The position numbers and the translations under genes were made by a program. Below, one piece after another: positions 19,059 through 29,976 of a stretch of 64,000 nt of DNA. This DNA is from a virus. The stretch's first letter is position 1, and every line of letters starts with the position of its first letter. Below the pieces are notes generated by a model, which was not told the origin of the DNA, ran no database searches, and was given only the letters and a program-made list of their open reading frames with translations. Location of the stretch: positions 1-64,000 of IMG/VR virus record IMGVR_UViG_3300032092_000005, one strand, 5' to 3'.

Positions 19059-19784
19059 ATGCAAGACAATGTAAAAAGTGAAAGTGTATTCTTAGTATCT
19101 TCCGCAATCCATGCAAAACATGGTATATACGATGCAAAAACTAGACTTGATCAAACGATCAAAACGTGTAAGTCTATTAGGAATAAATGTGATGCAGAAA
19201 TTATTCTATTAGACGGTGGGCATGAACACATAACAGAGCAGGAGCAAGAAATCCTATCAAAGTATATCGATAAGTTTTATAGCTTTGTTGATGAAGACAA
19301 CATCAAACAGATTCAACAAGTCCCTAATCACGACATTGTAAAAAACATGATTGAGATTATTATGTTTGGATCGTTCTTTGATATGATTAATGCAGAAGGT
19401 TGGCAAAACAACTATAAGCGCATATTTAAAATGAGTGGTCGCTATACATTGAATGATAGCTTTGATTATGATAAGCATATGAAAGCTACAGATAAGATTG
19501 TCATTCGAGGACCTTTCACAAGTCAATTTGCTCCTAACATAACTGGAGATGTAACCCTTCAGTACATGAGTCGTTTGTGGAGCTTTGATACTACACTACT
19601 TTCATACGTTAAAAGTGCGTATTTTGATATGCTTAAACATATGGTAGAGCGATTGAATGCTGGTGGGTACATTGACATTGAGCATTTATTATATGACCAT
19701 CTTGATGCTAAGTTGATTGAGAACATTGGAACACTTGGTGTTCAAGGCAATATTGCTCCTAACGGAATGGGAGTTTCAGATTGA
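19059..19784 (+). CDS. Hypothetical protein, possible glycosyltransferase-like fold
   Basis: R..QT..T..SI, IFKMSGRY.L, DIEH. Confidence 0.45.
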   Translation: MQDNVKSESVFLVSSAIHAKHGIYDAKTRLDQTIKTCKSIRNKCDAEIILLDGGHEHITEQEQEILSKYIDKFYSFVDEDNIKQIQQVPNHDIVKNMIEIIMFGSFFDMINAEGWQNNYKRIFKMSGRYTLNDSFDYDKHMKATDKIVIRGPFTSQFAPNITGDVTLQYMSRLWSFDTTLLSYVKSAYFDMLKHMVERLNAGGYIDIEHLLYDHLDAKLIENIGTLGVQGNIAPNGMGVSD

Positions 19785-20080
19785 AATATCTTCCAAAAAT
19801 ATTTGATCCCACAATTGAATGGATAAAAAATGATTACAGGTCTTACCCTCTCCGCTTTATTGTTGAGTTATTTGCTTGGGCTATCAGTATATTCTGTTCT
19901 ATCACAATGGCTCTCACCGTACCGCACCCTCCACTCATGGCATTATACCCTGTATGGATTTTGGGTTGCGTCTTGTATGCTTGGGCTGCTTACAGCCGTA
20001 AATCTTTTGGTATGCTGTCTAATTACGCCTTACTTGTAACGATAGATTCCGTTGGACTGATTCGAATGTTGACTGCTTGA
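19781..20080 (+). CDS. Small membrane protein
   Basis: Three hydrophobic segments. Confidence 0.55.
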   Translation: MKYLPKIFDPTIEWIKNDYRSYPLRFIVELFAWAISIFCSITMALTVPHPPLMALYPVWILGCVLYAWAAYSRKSFGMLSNYALLVTIDSVGLIRMLTA

Positions 20081-20136
20081 CATTCCGCGTTTGTTATGAT
20101 ATACTTACGTATCGATTAAATTTTTTGGAGAACTAC

Positions 20137-20634
20137 ATGATGATGGACAAACAAAACTGGACTATTGCTCTAGAAGAAGATAAGGAAACTGGTGACTTGA
20201 TCCTACCACTTCCAGAAGAACTTTTGGAATCTCAAGGATGGAAAACTGGTGATACACTTGAATGGATTGATAATGGAAATGGAAGCTGGACTATGAAAAA
20301 GAAAGAAGCATTGCAGTGGGTATTGGTAGAGACTATCTCTCAATTCCGTCAACGTTACATGGTACAAGTGCCTGTAGGCACTGATCAATATGGAAACAAC
20401 AAAGCTGACTGGGCACTTGATACAGTTACTCTAGAGGAAGCAAAAGAGTTTTCTCAAAAGCATTTGGGCGAAACAATTATTTCGCACCGCGTAATGTCTG
20501 AGGAAGAAGCTTTAAATTTATGTGATGAAGATAACGGATACACACAAGTTTGGAATACAGAACATAAAATCAATACGTTCTTTACCAAAGTAGATGAACA
20601 CATTTCTGGTGATGACTATGCTGGTCAAATCTGA
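20137..20634 (+). CDS. AbrB/MazE-like N-terminal domain protein
   Basis: GDLILPLPEELL...GW..GDTLEW; SD GGAG. Confidence 0.6.
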   Translation: MMMDKQNWTIALEEDKETGDLILPLPEELLESQGWKTGDTLEWIDNGNGSWTMKKKEALQWVLVETISQFRQRYMVQVPVGTDQYGNNKADWALDTVTLEEAKEFSQKHLGETIISHRVMSEEEALNLCDEDNGYTQVWNTEHKINTFFTKVDEHISGDDYAGQI

Positions 20635-21234
20635 ATCTGAGATTATTAATTTTTTAAAAGAGCTTCTGAATCCTGAGGGATTCGGACACTCTGTTACTTC
20701 AGAAGTTCGCAAAGAAGCTAAACGCATTTTAGAGATAATTGATAATGAGCAAAATTCAACAGTTCGGTCGGCCATATGAAACGTTTGATCCTACAAACAA
20801 ACGTCATCGTACAATTTTTCATGAAGCGATAAAATATCGTACATGGGGCAGATCGGCAATTTGTTTTTTTCCTGAAGATGACGCTAACGGCTCTAACAGT
20901 CTTATGGACCAATTAACAAAAGCTGTCAGCAAATACTACATGGAAAAAGAATTTGGGTCACTTGTCGATGATGATCCTTTTGACGGAACATCAAAAGAAA
21001 TTCGTACTCGCCCTAATCCTCACGTATATCGAAAGTCTAAATATGCATAATAACGATTTTGAAGTTCATCCAAGAGGCACAGGTGAAGAATTGCGCCTAT
21101 CACGCGAATTATCTAATGAGATTCAAAAGTCTTTAGATTGGCTTGGAGAAACACTGCCTATCAATGTTAGGCAAGCGTACAATCGTCTTTATGGTCATCA
21201 TATTAAACAACAACAGTCGAAAGAATACTCATGA
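20618..21234 (+). CDS. Three small overlapping hypothetical ORFs (20618-20779, 20745-21050, 21043-21234)
   Basis: Tightly coupled start/stop overlaps. Confidence 0.5.
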
Positions 21235-21878
21235 AAGTTTATCTAAGCGGTTACCGCAATCACTGGCTAAGTCCTTACACTATCCTTGGGGTGGTTTTTT
21301 TCTGGCGTGAGATTGATTATAACGAGCCAATCATTGAACGTCTGAGTAGCATACTAACTCCATTGTGCAATGCGTGGAAGAAGTTTCTTGATTTTGTGCA
21401 TCCTAAGATTGAGTATGTAAAGATTGATCGCTACGATACATGGAGCATGGATCATACTCTAGCGCACATCATTCTGCCTATGCTTAAGCAACTTAAGAAA
21501 GACAAGCATGGATCGCCATCTGTAGATGATGAAGACGTACCAGAAGAACTCCGTTCAACTGCTGCGCCTGCAAAAGAGAATGAATGGGACACAGACGAAA
21601 ACTGGTCCAAGCGTTGGGATTGGGTTATGGATGAAATGATCTTTGCGTTTGAATGTAAACTAGACGATTCATGGGAAGATACATTTCGTGAAGGCGAGAT
21701 TGACTGGAAGACAGTACCATCTGCATGGGATGAGAACGGTAAGCCTACAATGTATAGCATGGAAGATGGACCTAATCACACATACAAGTGTGACTACGAC
21801 GGAATGAAAGTAGTGCAAGAAAGAATTCAAAATGGATTCCGTCTGTTCGGAAAGTACTATCAAGGACTGTGGGATTGA
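21231..21878 (+). CDS. Conserved phage hypothetical protein
   Basis: YDTWSMDHTLA.II.PML, RWDWVMDEMIFAF, NGFRLFGKYY..LWD. Confidence 0.65.
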   Translation: MKVYLSGYRNHWLSPYTILGVVFFWREIDYNEPIIERLSSILTPLCNAWKKFLDFVHPKIEYVKIDRYDTWSMDHTLAHIILPMLKQLKKDKHGSPSVDDEDVPEELRSTAAPAKENEWDTDENWSKRWDWVMDEMIFAFECKLDDSWEDTFREGEIDWKTVPSAWDENGKPTMYSMEDGPNHTYKCDYDGMKVVQERIQNGFRLFGKYYQGLWD

Positions 21879-21918
21879 TTCGTGCTAAATAAAACTTTAT
21901 AATCTAGGAGATAACATC

Positions 21919-22218
21919 ATGTTCGAAAAACTAAAACAACTATTTTCACGTAAGTCTGTGACTGAGCAACCTTTGCCAGTTGAAACTGTAGCCGACGTTG
22001 CAATTAAAAATGTAATTGAGACTACTACAGAAGTCGTGCCCGAAAAGGTAAAGCCTGCACCAACTACAAAGCGTGAAACGCCTAAAGAATGGCCAAGCAA
22101 AGAAGGCGCTAATTTGTCTAATACTGTGACAAAGGCACCTGCTAAGAAGAAAGCACCAGCAGTAAAGGCAGCACCAGCGGCAGGCAATAAGCCTGTGATT
22201 AGAAAAGTCAGTAAGTAA
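21919..22218 (+). CDS. Lys/Ala/Pro-rich hypothetical protein
   Basis: SD AGGAG; histone-like tail. Confidence 0.55.
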   Translation: MFEKLKQLFSRKSVTEQPLPVETVADVAIKNVIETTTEVVPEKVKPAPTTKRETPKEWPSKEGANLSNTVTKAPAKKKAPAVKAAPAAGNKPVIRKVSK

Positions 22219-23037
22219 TTAAGGCTTCAAGTCTATTCTGAATGCAAGTCCAGTAATACCGCTTCTGGACTTGCCTCGAACGTCAAACTTAACTTTGCTC
22301 TTAATGCTTTCAACATAAGCTTTATCAATGATGTAGAATCCTTTCGGACTGATAATACTGTCTGCAACTGCACCGCGGTATTGTTTTAGTGATAGCTCTC
22401 CCGTCATTGCTTCATAAAGTAATGCAGTAGCGTACTCTTTATCTGAATCGATGTATTTAAGTAGAGACTCCATTAGGAACTCTTTGTTCTCTTTCATCCA
22501 AAATTCATAGCTCTTGTCTTTAATGATTTTACCACCCTTGATAAACTCATTGATAACTTTCTCAGAGGATTCGGTAAGAATTCTTTTTTTATTGGACTCT
22601 GATAAAAGTCGTGTGGGCATTCTTTTCAATTCTGTAATTATTGATAATAGAACTTTACTCTTTGTTGCACCAGGTACTGCCTTAGCTGCGGCTTCAAATA
22701 GTTCTGCTGTAGAAGTTCCTTGTCCTGACGCAAGCTGCACACCACCTGCCATCTTGACAGATACTGAATACACTTTTGTTCCTATTTTTAATACTAAGTC
22801 TGTCTTAGGTTCTGGCTTTGCTGATATTGCAATGCCAAAAGGATTCGTAGCATCATCTGAATGCCATGCTTCTACTTTTTTAGTTCCTGCAAATTTGTAA
22901 ATATGATCAACACATTTCTTTGCTTGCTCCGTAATGTTGCTAGAAAATACTCGACTAAATTTTTTGATCTTATTGTTCTTGACCTGAATCATCTCTGCAA
23001 TTGCCCATTCTAAGTCTACGCCTTCTGATGCTGCCAT
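22219..23037 (-). CDS. PD-(D/E)XK restriction-endonuclease-like protein
   Basis: E in N-terminal helix, PKTDLVL...SVSVK motif; SD GGAG. Confidence 0.55.
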   Translation of the reverse strand: MAASEGVDLEWAIAEMIQVKNNKIKKFSRVFSSNITEQAKKCVDHIYKFAGTKKVEAWHSDDATNPFGIAISAKPEPKTDLVLKIGTKVYSVSVKMAGGVQLASGQGTSTAELFEAAAKAVPGATKSKVLLSIITELKRMPTRLLSESNKKRILTESSEKVINEFIKGGKIIKDKSYEFWMKENKEFLMESLLKYIDSDKEYATALLYEAMTGELSLKQYRGAVADSIISPKGFYIIDKAYVESIKSKVKFDVRGKSRSGITGLAFRIDLKP

Positions 23038-23047
23038 AATTATCTCC

Positions 23048-23710
23048 TTATTTTTTCATTAACTCATCCACAAATTCTAACAGAAGTTTGTGGTGTTCTT
23101 TTTCGTGCCAATACTTATTTATGTAATTCCACGGCTTTTCATACCACAACTTTAAACTTTCTGGATGACACCCCATGATGCCGATTCTATTTTGTATAAT
23201 AGCCATTGCGTCACCATTAGCATAAGTCGCAACAGTTTTGAATTTGCTAGAGTCGCCTATCAAAGCACATCCATCATAGAAATACATGTTGAGTGGTTTG
23301 TCATTCCACATCACCTCAGTGACTGTTCCATAACTGCGTTTGACTGTAGCGTCAGGTTGCTTGATGTATTGTACTGCATCTACACTATCAAGAATATCAA
23401 AGTAGTAGCTGCCTGCCCAATAAGCGCCCATGCATATGCCAAGATATCTTCCACCGTTTGCAACATAATCCGCTACGGCATTCTGTGCTTTGCGTCTAAA
23501 GAATTTATCATAACTACTAGCATCACCAATACCGCCAGGAAATGCAATCATATCAAATTTGCTTAGAGTTTCTGGATTACATTCGTCTTGCGAGAACGTG
23601 GTGATATCATAGTCGTTTGATAGGCATTCTTTCATGCCATCAATACAGTCCTTAGAGCATTCTGGATGATGATAAAAAATTGCAATTGATGGTTTAATCA
23701 GATTTGACAT
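23048..23710 (-). CDS. BPL_N / class I glutamine amidotransferase-like protein
   Basis: FPGG, GGRYLGICMGAY nucleophile elbow, HPE. Confidence 0.8.
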   Translation of the reverse strand: MSNLIKPSIAIFYHHPECSKDCIDGMKECLSNDYDITTFSQDECNPETLSKFDMIAFPGGIGDASSYDKFFRRKAQNAVADYVANGGRYLGICMGAYWAGSYYFDILDSVDAVQYIKQPDATVKRSYGTVTEVMWNDKPLNMYFYDGCALIGDSSKFKTVATYANGDAMAIIQNRIGIMGCHPESLKLWYEKPWNYINKYWHEKEHHKLLLEFVDELMKK

Positions 23711-24020
23711 TCTTAGATCCATACATTAATGACTTAGCTTCATCACCCACGCCAAGAACACATGCCATCTTACCATCAAATTGAATTATTGTCCATGTGC
23801 CAGTTTTAGAATTCATTAAAACGCCATATGTTGTCTTTGTTTGAGAATCGGCACCACTCCACACCGGCGCCTCGCCGTATTCAACCAGTGCGTTCATCAA
23901 TGTTGATGTATTATCACATATGATTTTTTTATTACCTTCTTTTGGTTCTGATCGTGCAACAGATGCTAATAAACTTAGCGTCAGAAAGATATAAATTATA
24001 ATTATTTTCATTTGATTCAC
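23694..24020 (-). CDS. Exported hypothetical protein
   Basis: Signal peptide; N.KTGTWTIIQ..ACVLG. Confidence 0.55.
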   Translation of the reverse strand: MNQMKIIIIYIFLTLSLLASVARSEPKEGNKKIICDNTSTLMNALVEYGEAPVWSGADSQTKTTYGVLMNSKTGTWTIIQFDGKMACVLGVGDEAKSLMYGSKNVKSD

Positions 24021-24022
24021 CT

Positions 24023-24622
24023 TTATTTTATTGCTTCTAAAGCCTCTTCTCTTTGCCTACGTTCAGCTTCTTTTGCACGTTGATATCTTATTTGATTGTT
24101 CTTTTCTACCTTTTCTTGGTATATTCGTTGTTCTTCCATTACACCATAAATACTAACACCGCCCATAATCACTGCGAATAACAACACTGAACCTCCCATA
24201 AAAAGTAGACTATTCATAAAATAATCTGCCATCTTTTGCTTATGCTTATATTTAGCTTCCTCTGCTGCTTTTTCTTCTGCATGGCGTTCCTTCATTAATC
24301 TAGTACGCTCCCTTATCATATCGTCCCAGATTTGGGGTTTACCTAACTCCCAGTAAATCATATCCTTAAGTGCTCTTTCATCCTCACGTAGTTTATTACT
24401 ATACATAGCAAACTCAAGTGCTTGCTTTGAAAGTTGAGAATCAGTTTTTCCAATTTGAGCTATTTTAGCTTTCGTGCTTGCAGCGTGGACAGCATCGGCT
24501 CCTTCGAAAAACTTACTAAAGTCCTTTACAAGACCATTTATATCTTTTCCAAGTGCGATAGCAGCCTTGATGCCCTTTACAGCACCTTGAGCCATTGCAA
24601 AGGCTGTGAATGGATCAATCAT
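24023..24622 (-). CDS. Membrane-anchored coiled-coil hypothetical protein
   Basis: MIDPFTAFA..VKGIK N-terminus, coiled coil, one TM. Confidence 0.6.
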   Translation of the reverse strand: MIDPFTAFAMAQGAVKGIKAAIALGKDINGLVKDFSKFFEGADAVHAASTKAKIAQIGKTDSQLSKQALEFAMYSNKLREDERALKDMIYWELGKPQIWDDMIRERTRLMKERHAEEKAAEEAKYKHKQKMADYFMNSLLFMGGSVLLFAVIMGGVSIYGVMEEQRIYQEKVEKNNQIRYQRAKEAERRQREEALEAIK

Positions 24623-24864
24623 TTTTTAGGAGGTATATTATCTGGCCAATACGGGACGTGTGTCCATCGACAGACTTTGCCGCCTTTTACGTATTCATTT
24701 GCGCCGTAAGTTTCTTTCTTCTCACATACTTCTTTTAAGATTGTCCAGTGACGGTAATTTTGGGGAGGTAATACATAATCATATGGCGCACTAGATGCTG
24801 ATAGTGCTATTGCAGTGCAGCACACTATTATTAGTTTGGTGTTCATATGTAGGTTCTGAATCAA
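24619..24864 (-). CDS. Small exported hypothetical protein
   Basis: Signal-like N-terminus; overlaps next gene by 4 nt. Confidence 0.45.
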   Translation of the reverse strand: MIQNLHMNTKLIIVCCTAIALSASSAPYDYVLPPQNYRHWTILKEVCEKKETYGANEYVKGGKVCRWTHVPYWPDNIPPKK

Positions 24865-25008
24865 AAAGACTTGATTTTCACCTATATTTATGATATACTA
24901 GCTTTTCATTGCTAAATATGTTGCAGAAAAACAACATCGCCCACAAATACCTATTGACAGGCAGTAGGAAACCAGTTAAACTGTATAAATCAGATCGAGA
25001 GGAACTCT

Positions 25009-25548
25009 ATGAAACAGACAATTTTAGCACTATCCCTAGCTACAGCCGCATTGACTAGCATGGCACAAAGTAGCACGGAGTACATTCCTGTATTGAGTGC
25101 TACACCCATAATCAATCAACAAGCTTATACAGTTCGGCGTCCAGTGTGTAATACGATAACTGAGCCTGTATATCAGACACAGCCCATCTATCAACAATAT
25201 CAGAATCCTGATCAATCGGCGCCAGTCGTTGGAATGATCCTGGGTGCAGCTATTGGTGCTATGATTCCCGGCGGCTCTCAAGCATTGAATGCAGTCGTTG
25301 GTGGCACTACAGGATTTATGTTGGGTGAAGGCAGTCGCAACACTAACGTATATGTAGGTCAACAAACTGGTATCGTAGGGTACCGAAATATTCAGAACTG
25401 CCACAATATAACAGAAACACTTTACAAGGACGTAATTGTGGGTTATAATGTAACCTACGTGCATAATGAAATAACCAAGACTGTTACAATGCCGCGTAAT
25501 CCTGGTGCATCCATTCGTATCGTAACCTCTACTACAATCCAATACTAA
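25009..25548 (+). CDS. Glycine-zipper (YcfJ-like) exported protein
   Basis: Signal peptide, G..LGAAIG..GG..G zipper, C..VGYNVTY..PG. Confidence 0.75.
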   Translation: MKQTILALSLATAALTSMAQSSTEYIPVLSATPIINQQAYTVRRPVCNTITEPVYQTQPIYQQYQNPDQSAPVVGMILGAAIGAMIPGGSQALNAVVGGTTGFMLGEGSRNTNVYVGQQTGIVGYRNIQNCHNITETLYKDVIVGYNVTYVHNEITKTVTMPRNPGASIRIVTSTTIQY

Positions 25549-25551
25549 ACT

Positions 25552-26658
25552 ATGAAACGAATTTCTCCTATTGACAATATGCTCGGATCCGAACCTGTGT
25601 GGGTTGCTGACACTGAGCATGACAATAAGATTTCTACTGTCAAAGCATTGAACTGGTACAATTACAATTGTTCCAAAAAAGATGCAAAAGAATTCATTCT
25701 TGACTACCTCAAAAAAGTGAATCGTTCTAAGGATGAAGTCGCAATAATCAAAGGCTTGCCCGACACAAAGGTGTCCCTGCAAGTCGGATGGCTTGCGCGG
25801 ATGATGTGCATGGGATTCGTTCCTAGCGATAACACTAAGAAGTTTTTCTGTGAAGGATACAAAAAGCTTTTGGTCGCTGAACAAAAAGAAGTTTCTGCTA
25901 CTGCTGCACCAGTCGTTGCTGCTGCTCCTGTAGTAAACATTCAGGATCGTATCCGCGAGAAGGCAAGCGAAGTCTCTGGAGAGATTGAAGGTCTGATTGA
26001 CGATTTTGTTATCAGCCGCTGCAAGACACCGATTGACGTTGAATCCTATGTTAAGAACCTCAAGTTGAGTTCCGTTGTTCTTAAGAAGGTGTGCGACAAT
26101 TTTGTCGACCACAGCAAAGAAATTACCGAAGCTATTGCTGGTAAGGACAAACAACTGGTTGAAGGCTATTCTCAATTCAGCAAAGTTGAACTCCGTCGGT
26201 TGCGTGAATTCATGGACTCAATTGTGACTGCAACAAACAATGTCGCAGTAGTGAGTAAGACTGTACGCAAAAAGCGCGTATCAAAAGAAAAGCCTGCTGC
26301 TATCCTAGTCGCAAAGGTTCAGTACCAAAAAGAATGTGCTGAGTTAAAGCTTAAGAGTATAACACCAGACAAGATGATTGGTGCGACACAAGTATGGACA
26401 TACAACACTAAGACAAAGCTCCTTGGTATGTACAGTGCAGAAAACGCAAAAGGCTTTAGCATGAAGGGCACTACACTCCAGAATTTTGATAGTGCAACAT
26501 CTATCGGAAAACGTCTCCGTAAGCCCGAAGTTGTTCTCAAGGAAGTCCTAGAGGCTGGCAAAGTTAAGCTGAAAAAGATTCTGCCAGACCTAAAAACTAA
26601 GGAATGTGTATTGACAGGACGTATGAATTCTGATACAATTATCCTTAAAGTAACATAA
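25552..26658 (+). CDS. Conserved T4-like hypothetical protein upstream of rnh
   Basis: ALNWYNY, VVNIQDRI, IGA..W.YNTK, KGTTL.NF, LRKP, GRMN. Confidence 0.65.
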   Translation: MKRISPIDNMLGSEPVWVADTEHDNKISTVKALNWYNYNCSKKDAKEFILDYLKKVNRSKDEVAIIKGLPDTKVSLQVGWLARMMCMGFVPSDNTKKFFCEGYKKLLVAEQKEVSATAAPVVAAAPVVNIQDRIREKASEVSGEIEGLIDDFVISRCKTPIDVESYVKNLKLSSVVLKKVCDNFVDHSKEITEAIAGKDKQLVEGYSQFSKVELRRLREFMDSIVTATNNVAVVSKTVRKKRVSKEKPAAILVAKVQYQKECAELKLKSITPDKMIGATQVWTYNTKTKLLGMYSAENAKGFSMKGTTLQNFDSATSIGKRLRKPEVVLKEVLEAGKVKLKKILPDLKTKECVLTGRMNSDTIILKVT

Positions 26659-26669
26659 ACTATACCTAT

Positions 26670-27530
26670 ATGATTCTGCTCGACCTAAACCAAGTCATGA
26701 TTTCAAACCTCATGATGCAGCCCGATATCGCTAAAGGCGTTGACGAAAACATGGTACGTCACATGGTGCTGAATAGCATTCGTGGCTACAATGTGAAATT
26801 CAAAGAAAAGTATGGTGAGATTATCATCTGTACCGATTCTACAAAGTACTGGCGCAAAGATATCTTTCCTTACTACAAAGCTGCACGGAAGAAGTCCCGA
26901 GAAGATTCTCCGTTCGATTGGAATCTAATCTTCCAGACGTTGAATAAAATTCGTGAAGAGTTGAAAGAGTATTCTCCGTACCGTGTACTGCATGTTGACA
27001 AGACGGAAGCGGATGACATTATTGGTACACTTTGCCACAAGTATGGTGTACAACTAAACAACAGTGCAACAGAAAAGATTCTGATCCTGTCTAGCGATAA
27101 AGACTTTATGCAATTGCAGAAGTACACTAACGTAGAACAATATAGTCCTATGGCTAAGAAGTTTCTCAAGGCTGATGACGCAGAAGAATTCCTGAAACTG
27201 CACATTATCAAAGGCGATACTGGTGACGGCATTCCTAACTTCCTATCAGAAGATGATGCTATTGTTGCAGGTGTGCGCCAAAAAGCTGTAACTGAGAAAA
27301 AGCTAAATATATGGCTAAAAGAAGAACCACAAGTTTTTTGCGATAGCGATATGCTGCGGAGATACAAGCGTAATGAGGCTCTAATTGACCTCAGCAAAGT
27401 TCCTGCTGAATATCAAGAAAGCATACTGAATACATACAATGGTACCCCTAAAAAAGGTCGTGAGAAACTTTTAACATACTTTATCAAGAATCGCATGAAG
27501 CTATTGATAGAACACCTACAGGAATTTTAA
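26670..27530 (+). CDS. rnh: T4-type RNase H / 5'-3' exonuclease
   Basis: WRK..FPYYK..R, EADDIIG, SSDKDF.QL, GD.GDGIPN. Confidence 0.93.
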   Translation: MILLDLNQVMISNLMMQPDIAKGVDENMVRHMVLNSIRGYNVKFKEKYGEIIICTDSTKYWRKDIFPYYKAARKKSREDSPFDWNLIFQTLNKIREELKEYSPYRVLHVDKTEADDIIGTLCHKYGVQLNNSATEKILILSSDKDFMQLQKYTNVEQYSPMAKKFLKADDAEEFLKLHIIKGDTGDGIPNFLSEDDAIVAGVRQKAVTEKKLNIWLKEEPQVFCDSDMLRRYKRNEALIDLSKVPAEYQESILNTYNGTPKKGREKLLTYFIKNRMKLLIEHLQEF

Positions 27531-27531
27531 A

Positions 27532-27978
27532 ATGGCAATGGACATTACTAAGTCAACACTACCCGAACTGCTACAGCACATTTCGGAACTACCAGCATCA
27601 AAGAAAGTTGATGCACTAAGAGAAATTGGCAATCTTAAACCAGCACTTCAGGAAGCATTGATGCTAACGTATCACAATGCAATTCAATTTGATTTGCCTC
27701 CAGGTATACCTCCGTACCGACCATTAGATATGCCTGAGAATTGGGGATACAATCGTCTACCAAAAGAGTTACGTAAGTTTAAATATTTCGTAAAAGGATT
27801 TAACGTTACTCCTCTAAAGCGCGAAACAATTTTCATCGAAATGCTTGAATCGGTTTCTCCAGAGGAAGCAAAGCTTGTTCTTATGATCAAGGATAAAAAG
27901 CTAACATACAAAGGCATCACTAAGAAGGTTGTCATGGAAGCAATGCCACAGATTTTTTACGGAGAAGTCGCTGAGTAA
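27532..27978 (+). CDS. Conserved T4-like hypothetical protein
   Basis: LP.G.PPY, KRE..FI.MLE...EA.L...KDK. Confidence 0.65.
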   Translation: MAMDITKSTLPELLQHISELPASKKVDALREIGNLKPALQEALMLTYHNAIQFDLPPGIPPYRPLDMPENWGYNRLPKELRKFKYFVKGFNVTPLKRETIFIEMLESVSPEEAKLVLMIKDKKLTYKGITKKVVMEAMPQIFYGEVAE

Positions 27979-27981
27979 TAT

Positions 27982-28398
27982 ATGTCTAAGACTAATAAAG
28001 ATAAGAAGAGTTTTCAAGGTTTCCGTGAGTTTTATGCGGATGATGATCGACCTAAAAAGAAGCCGAATGCAATTAGAGAATCCTCAAAAGATAAGTTGAG
28101 GTTCAAAGAGAGAATTAAGAATATCGATATCAATAAACTTCATGATGAAGATTTTGATGAAGATGATTACTGCAACGTTTAACAACACACACACTGAGGA
28201 TTTATTATGAAAAACAACATTATCGCAATGGTTTTGATTTTGGTAGCAATTATTGCTATTGTTTTTGGACCGCTTGCATTGATCTGGGCGCTGAATACAC
28301 TATTCGGATTAACAATTGAATACGGATTCTTTCAATGGCTAGCTGCACTCATTTTGGCTGGCGCAGTAAAGGCTAACGTAAACGTAAACAAGTCTTAA
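27982..28398 (+). CDS. Two small ORFs (27982-28182 charged; 28207-28398 two-TM)
   Basis: ORF track; SD GAGG before 28207. Confidence 0.5.
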
Positions 28399-28412
28399 AA
28401 AACTGACCCGAT

Positions 28413-28454
28413 AAGAGCAAAATGCTTACTTTTTAAGCATTTTTGCTCTTTTTT
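28413..28454 (+). terminator. Intrinsic terminator
   Basis: AAGAGCAAAATGCTTA/TAAGCATTTTTGCTCTT stem then T-run. Confidence 0.7.
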
Positions 28455-28471
28455 GTTTCTATAGGGTCAAA

Positions 28472-28561
28472 GTTGCATAAAAACAACACTGCTGAAAATA
28501 GTTGTTGACACTGGTTCGGATCCTGCTATACTAGAGCCTTAGACAGACAAAAGGACTCTAT
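28472..28561 (+). promoter_or_regulatory. Early promoter cassette (GTTG-N8-CAAC box, TTGACA, TATACT, SD)
   Basis: Member of repeated cassette family. Confidence 0.8.
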
Positions 28562-28972
28562 ATGGCTTACATGAACCAAGAACGCAAAGCGAAAATCAAA
28601 GCAAACCTCGACAAGGCTCTTAAGGGCACTGGTGTGAAGTACTCCTTGAAGTGCTCCAACTTGTCTATCACATGCACTATCAAGTCGGCTCCTGTTGACT
28701 TCATTGCAAACTCCAACGAAACTTGCGGCGCTGACTTCTACCAAGTTTCACGCGGTTTTCAGCCAGAGAAGTCTGGTTATTCTCAAGTGAATCCCTACCA
28801 CTTCAAAGACCATTATTCTGGCAAAGCTCTGGAATTGATGACTAAGATTGTGAAGTCTATGTACTCAGCCGACTACTACGACAATTCGGACGCTATGACC
28901 GACTATTTTGACACCGCATATTATGTGAACGTAAATGTTGGTCGTTGGGACAAACCTTTCGTGGTAGCCTAA
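28562..28972 (+). CDS. Early hypothetical protein (possible LPD29-like)
   Basis: YYDNSDAMTDYFD motif; own promoter and SD. Confidence 0.55.
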   Translation: MAYMNQERKAKIKANLDKALKGTGVKYSLKCSNLSITCTIKSAPVDFIANSNETCGADFYQVSRGFQPEKSGYSQVNPYHFKDHYSGKALELMTKIVKSMYSADYYDNSDAMTDYFDTAYYVNVNVGRWDKPFVVA

Positions 28973-28976
28973 TCAT

Positions 28977-29976
28977 ATGGCTAACATGCAATTCCTGCGG
29001 AAGCTTGCGTATGATGAACTTTATGATACGCTATTTTTCGCTACTGGTGAAATTCCAGTCCGTACAAAAACTGATGAATTCTGGACTGTGACTGCGGGTC
29101 CGTTCAGTCTCAAGATTGTAAACAATCGGAATATCACCGTGAATGGCGAACGGTGCAAGTCTGCTCCAGAAGCCAAATTCGTTATCCAAGACCTCTTGGT
29201 AGTGTGACATTTTTACAACACTTTTGAAAAAAGCTTGCACAAAGCACCAAAAGTGTGGTATAATAGAACTTGTTTCTAAGACTAATAAAGGAATTTGATA
29301 TGGATATTATAGATATTGAACTGACACTAGAAGAATACGTTGAGGCACAAGTCCTCGCGTACCTTGATGAACTGCGTGAGCAAGAGGTTGTATTTACTAT
29401 GCTGACGGTTTCTGGTTGGGACTGTGCTTGACAAAGCCGTGTTCCCGTTGTATAATGAACCTGTAAGTTAAATTTTTGATTAAGGAAAACATCATGAGTA
29501 AATTGTCCCACCAAGCTAAAGTCTATAACGCACTAGCATCCGCTGGTCTTGGCGTTCCTGTAACCGTTGAGAGTCTGTTGGCTATCGAAGGTATTCTGCC
29601 CTACAAGTTGTCGGCTTATGTTCTATATGCTAAGATCGATTACGGCGCTGGTATTGCTCCGATTCGTGACGGTCGTAAAGTAACTGCGTACCAAATGTTT
29701 GACCTGGGTCGAGGCTTGCCTGCTGCTGGCGCTGTTAAAGCTAAAGCTGCCAATGTTCCTAATCCCAACAAGCCTCAGGCTAAAAAAGTGTCGATACCCA
29801 AGGCACCTAAAGTTGTAGCTGTTAAAGCTCCTAAGGCAGTCAAGGCACCTAAGCGTGAGATTACTGCCGAAATGATGGCTGATGACCGAATCGTTGATGT
29901 TCTGGATGATTTGATGGGCGATATTCAATATGCAGAAGATCGTGCCTTTGCCAGCTCTTATGTTGCATCTATGTAA
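28977..29976 (+). CDS. Early hypothetical ORFs (28977-29207, 29494-29976)
   Basis: ORF track; sigma70 promoters near 29235 and 29428. Confidence 0.55.

Noticed and set aside
25036-26175. 379-aa minus-strand ORF
   Set aside because: Antisense shadow of two well-supported plus-strand genes; no recognisable motif
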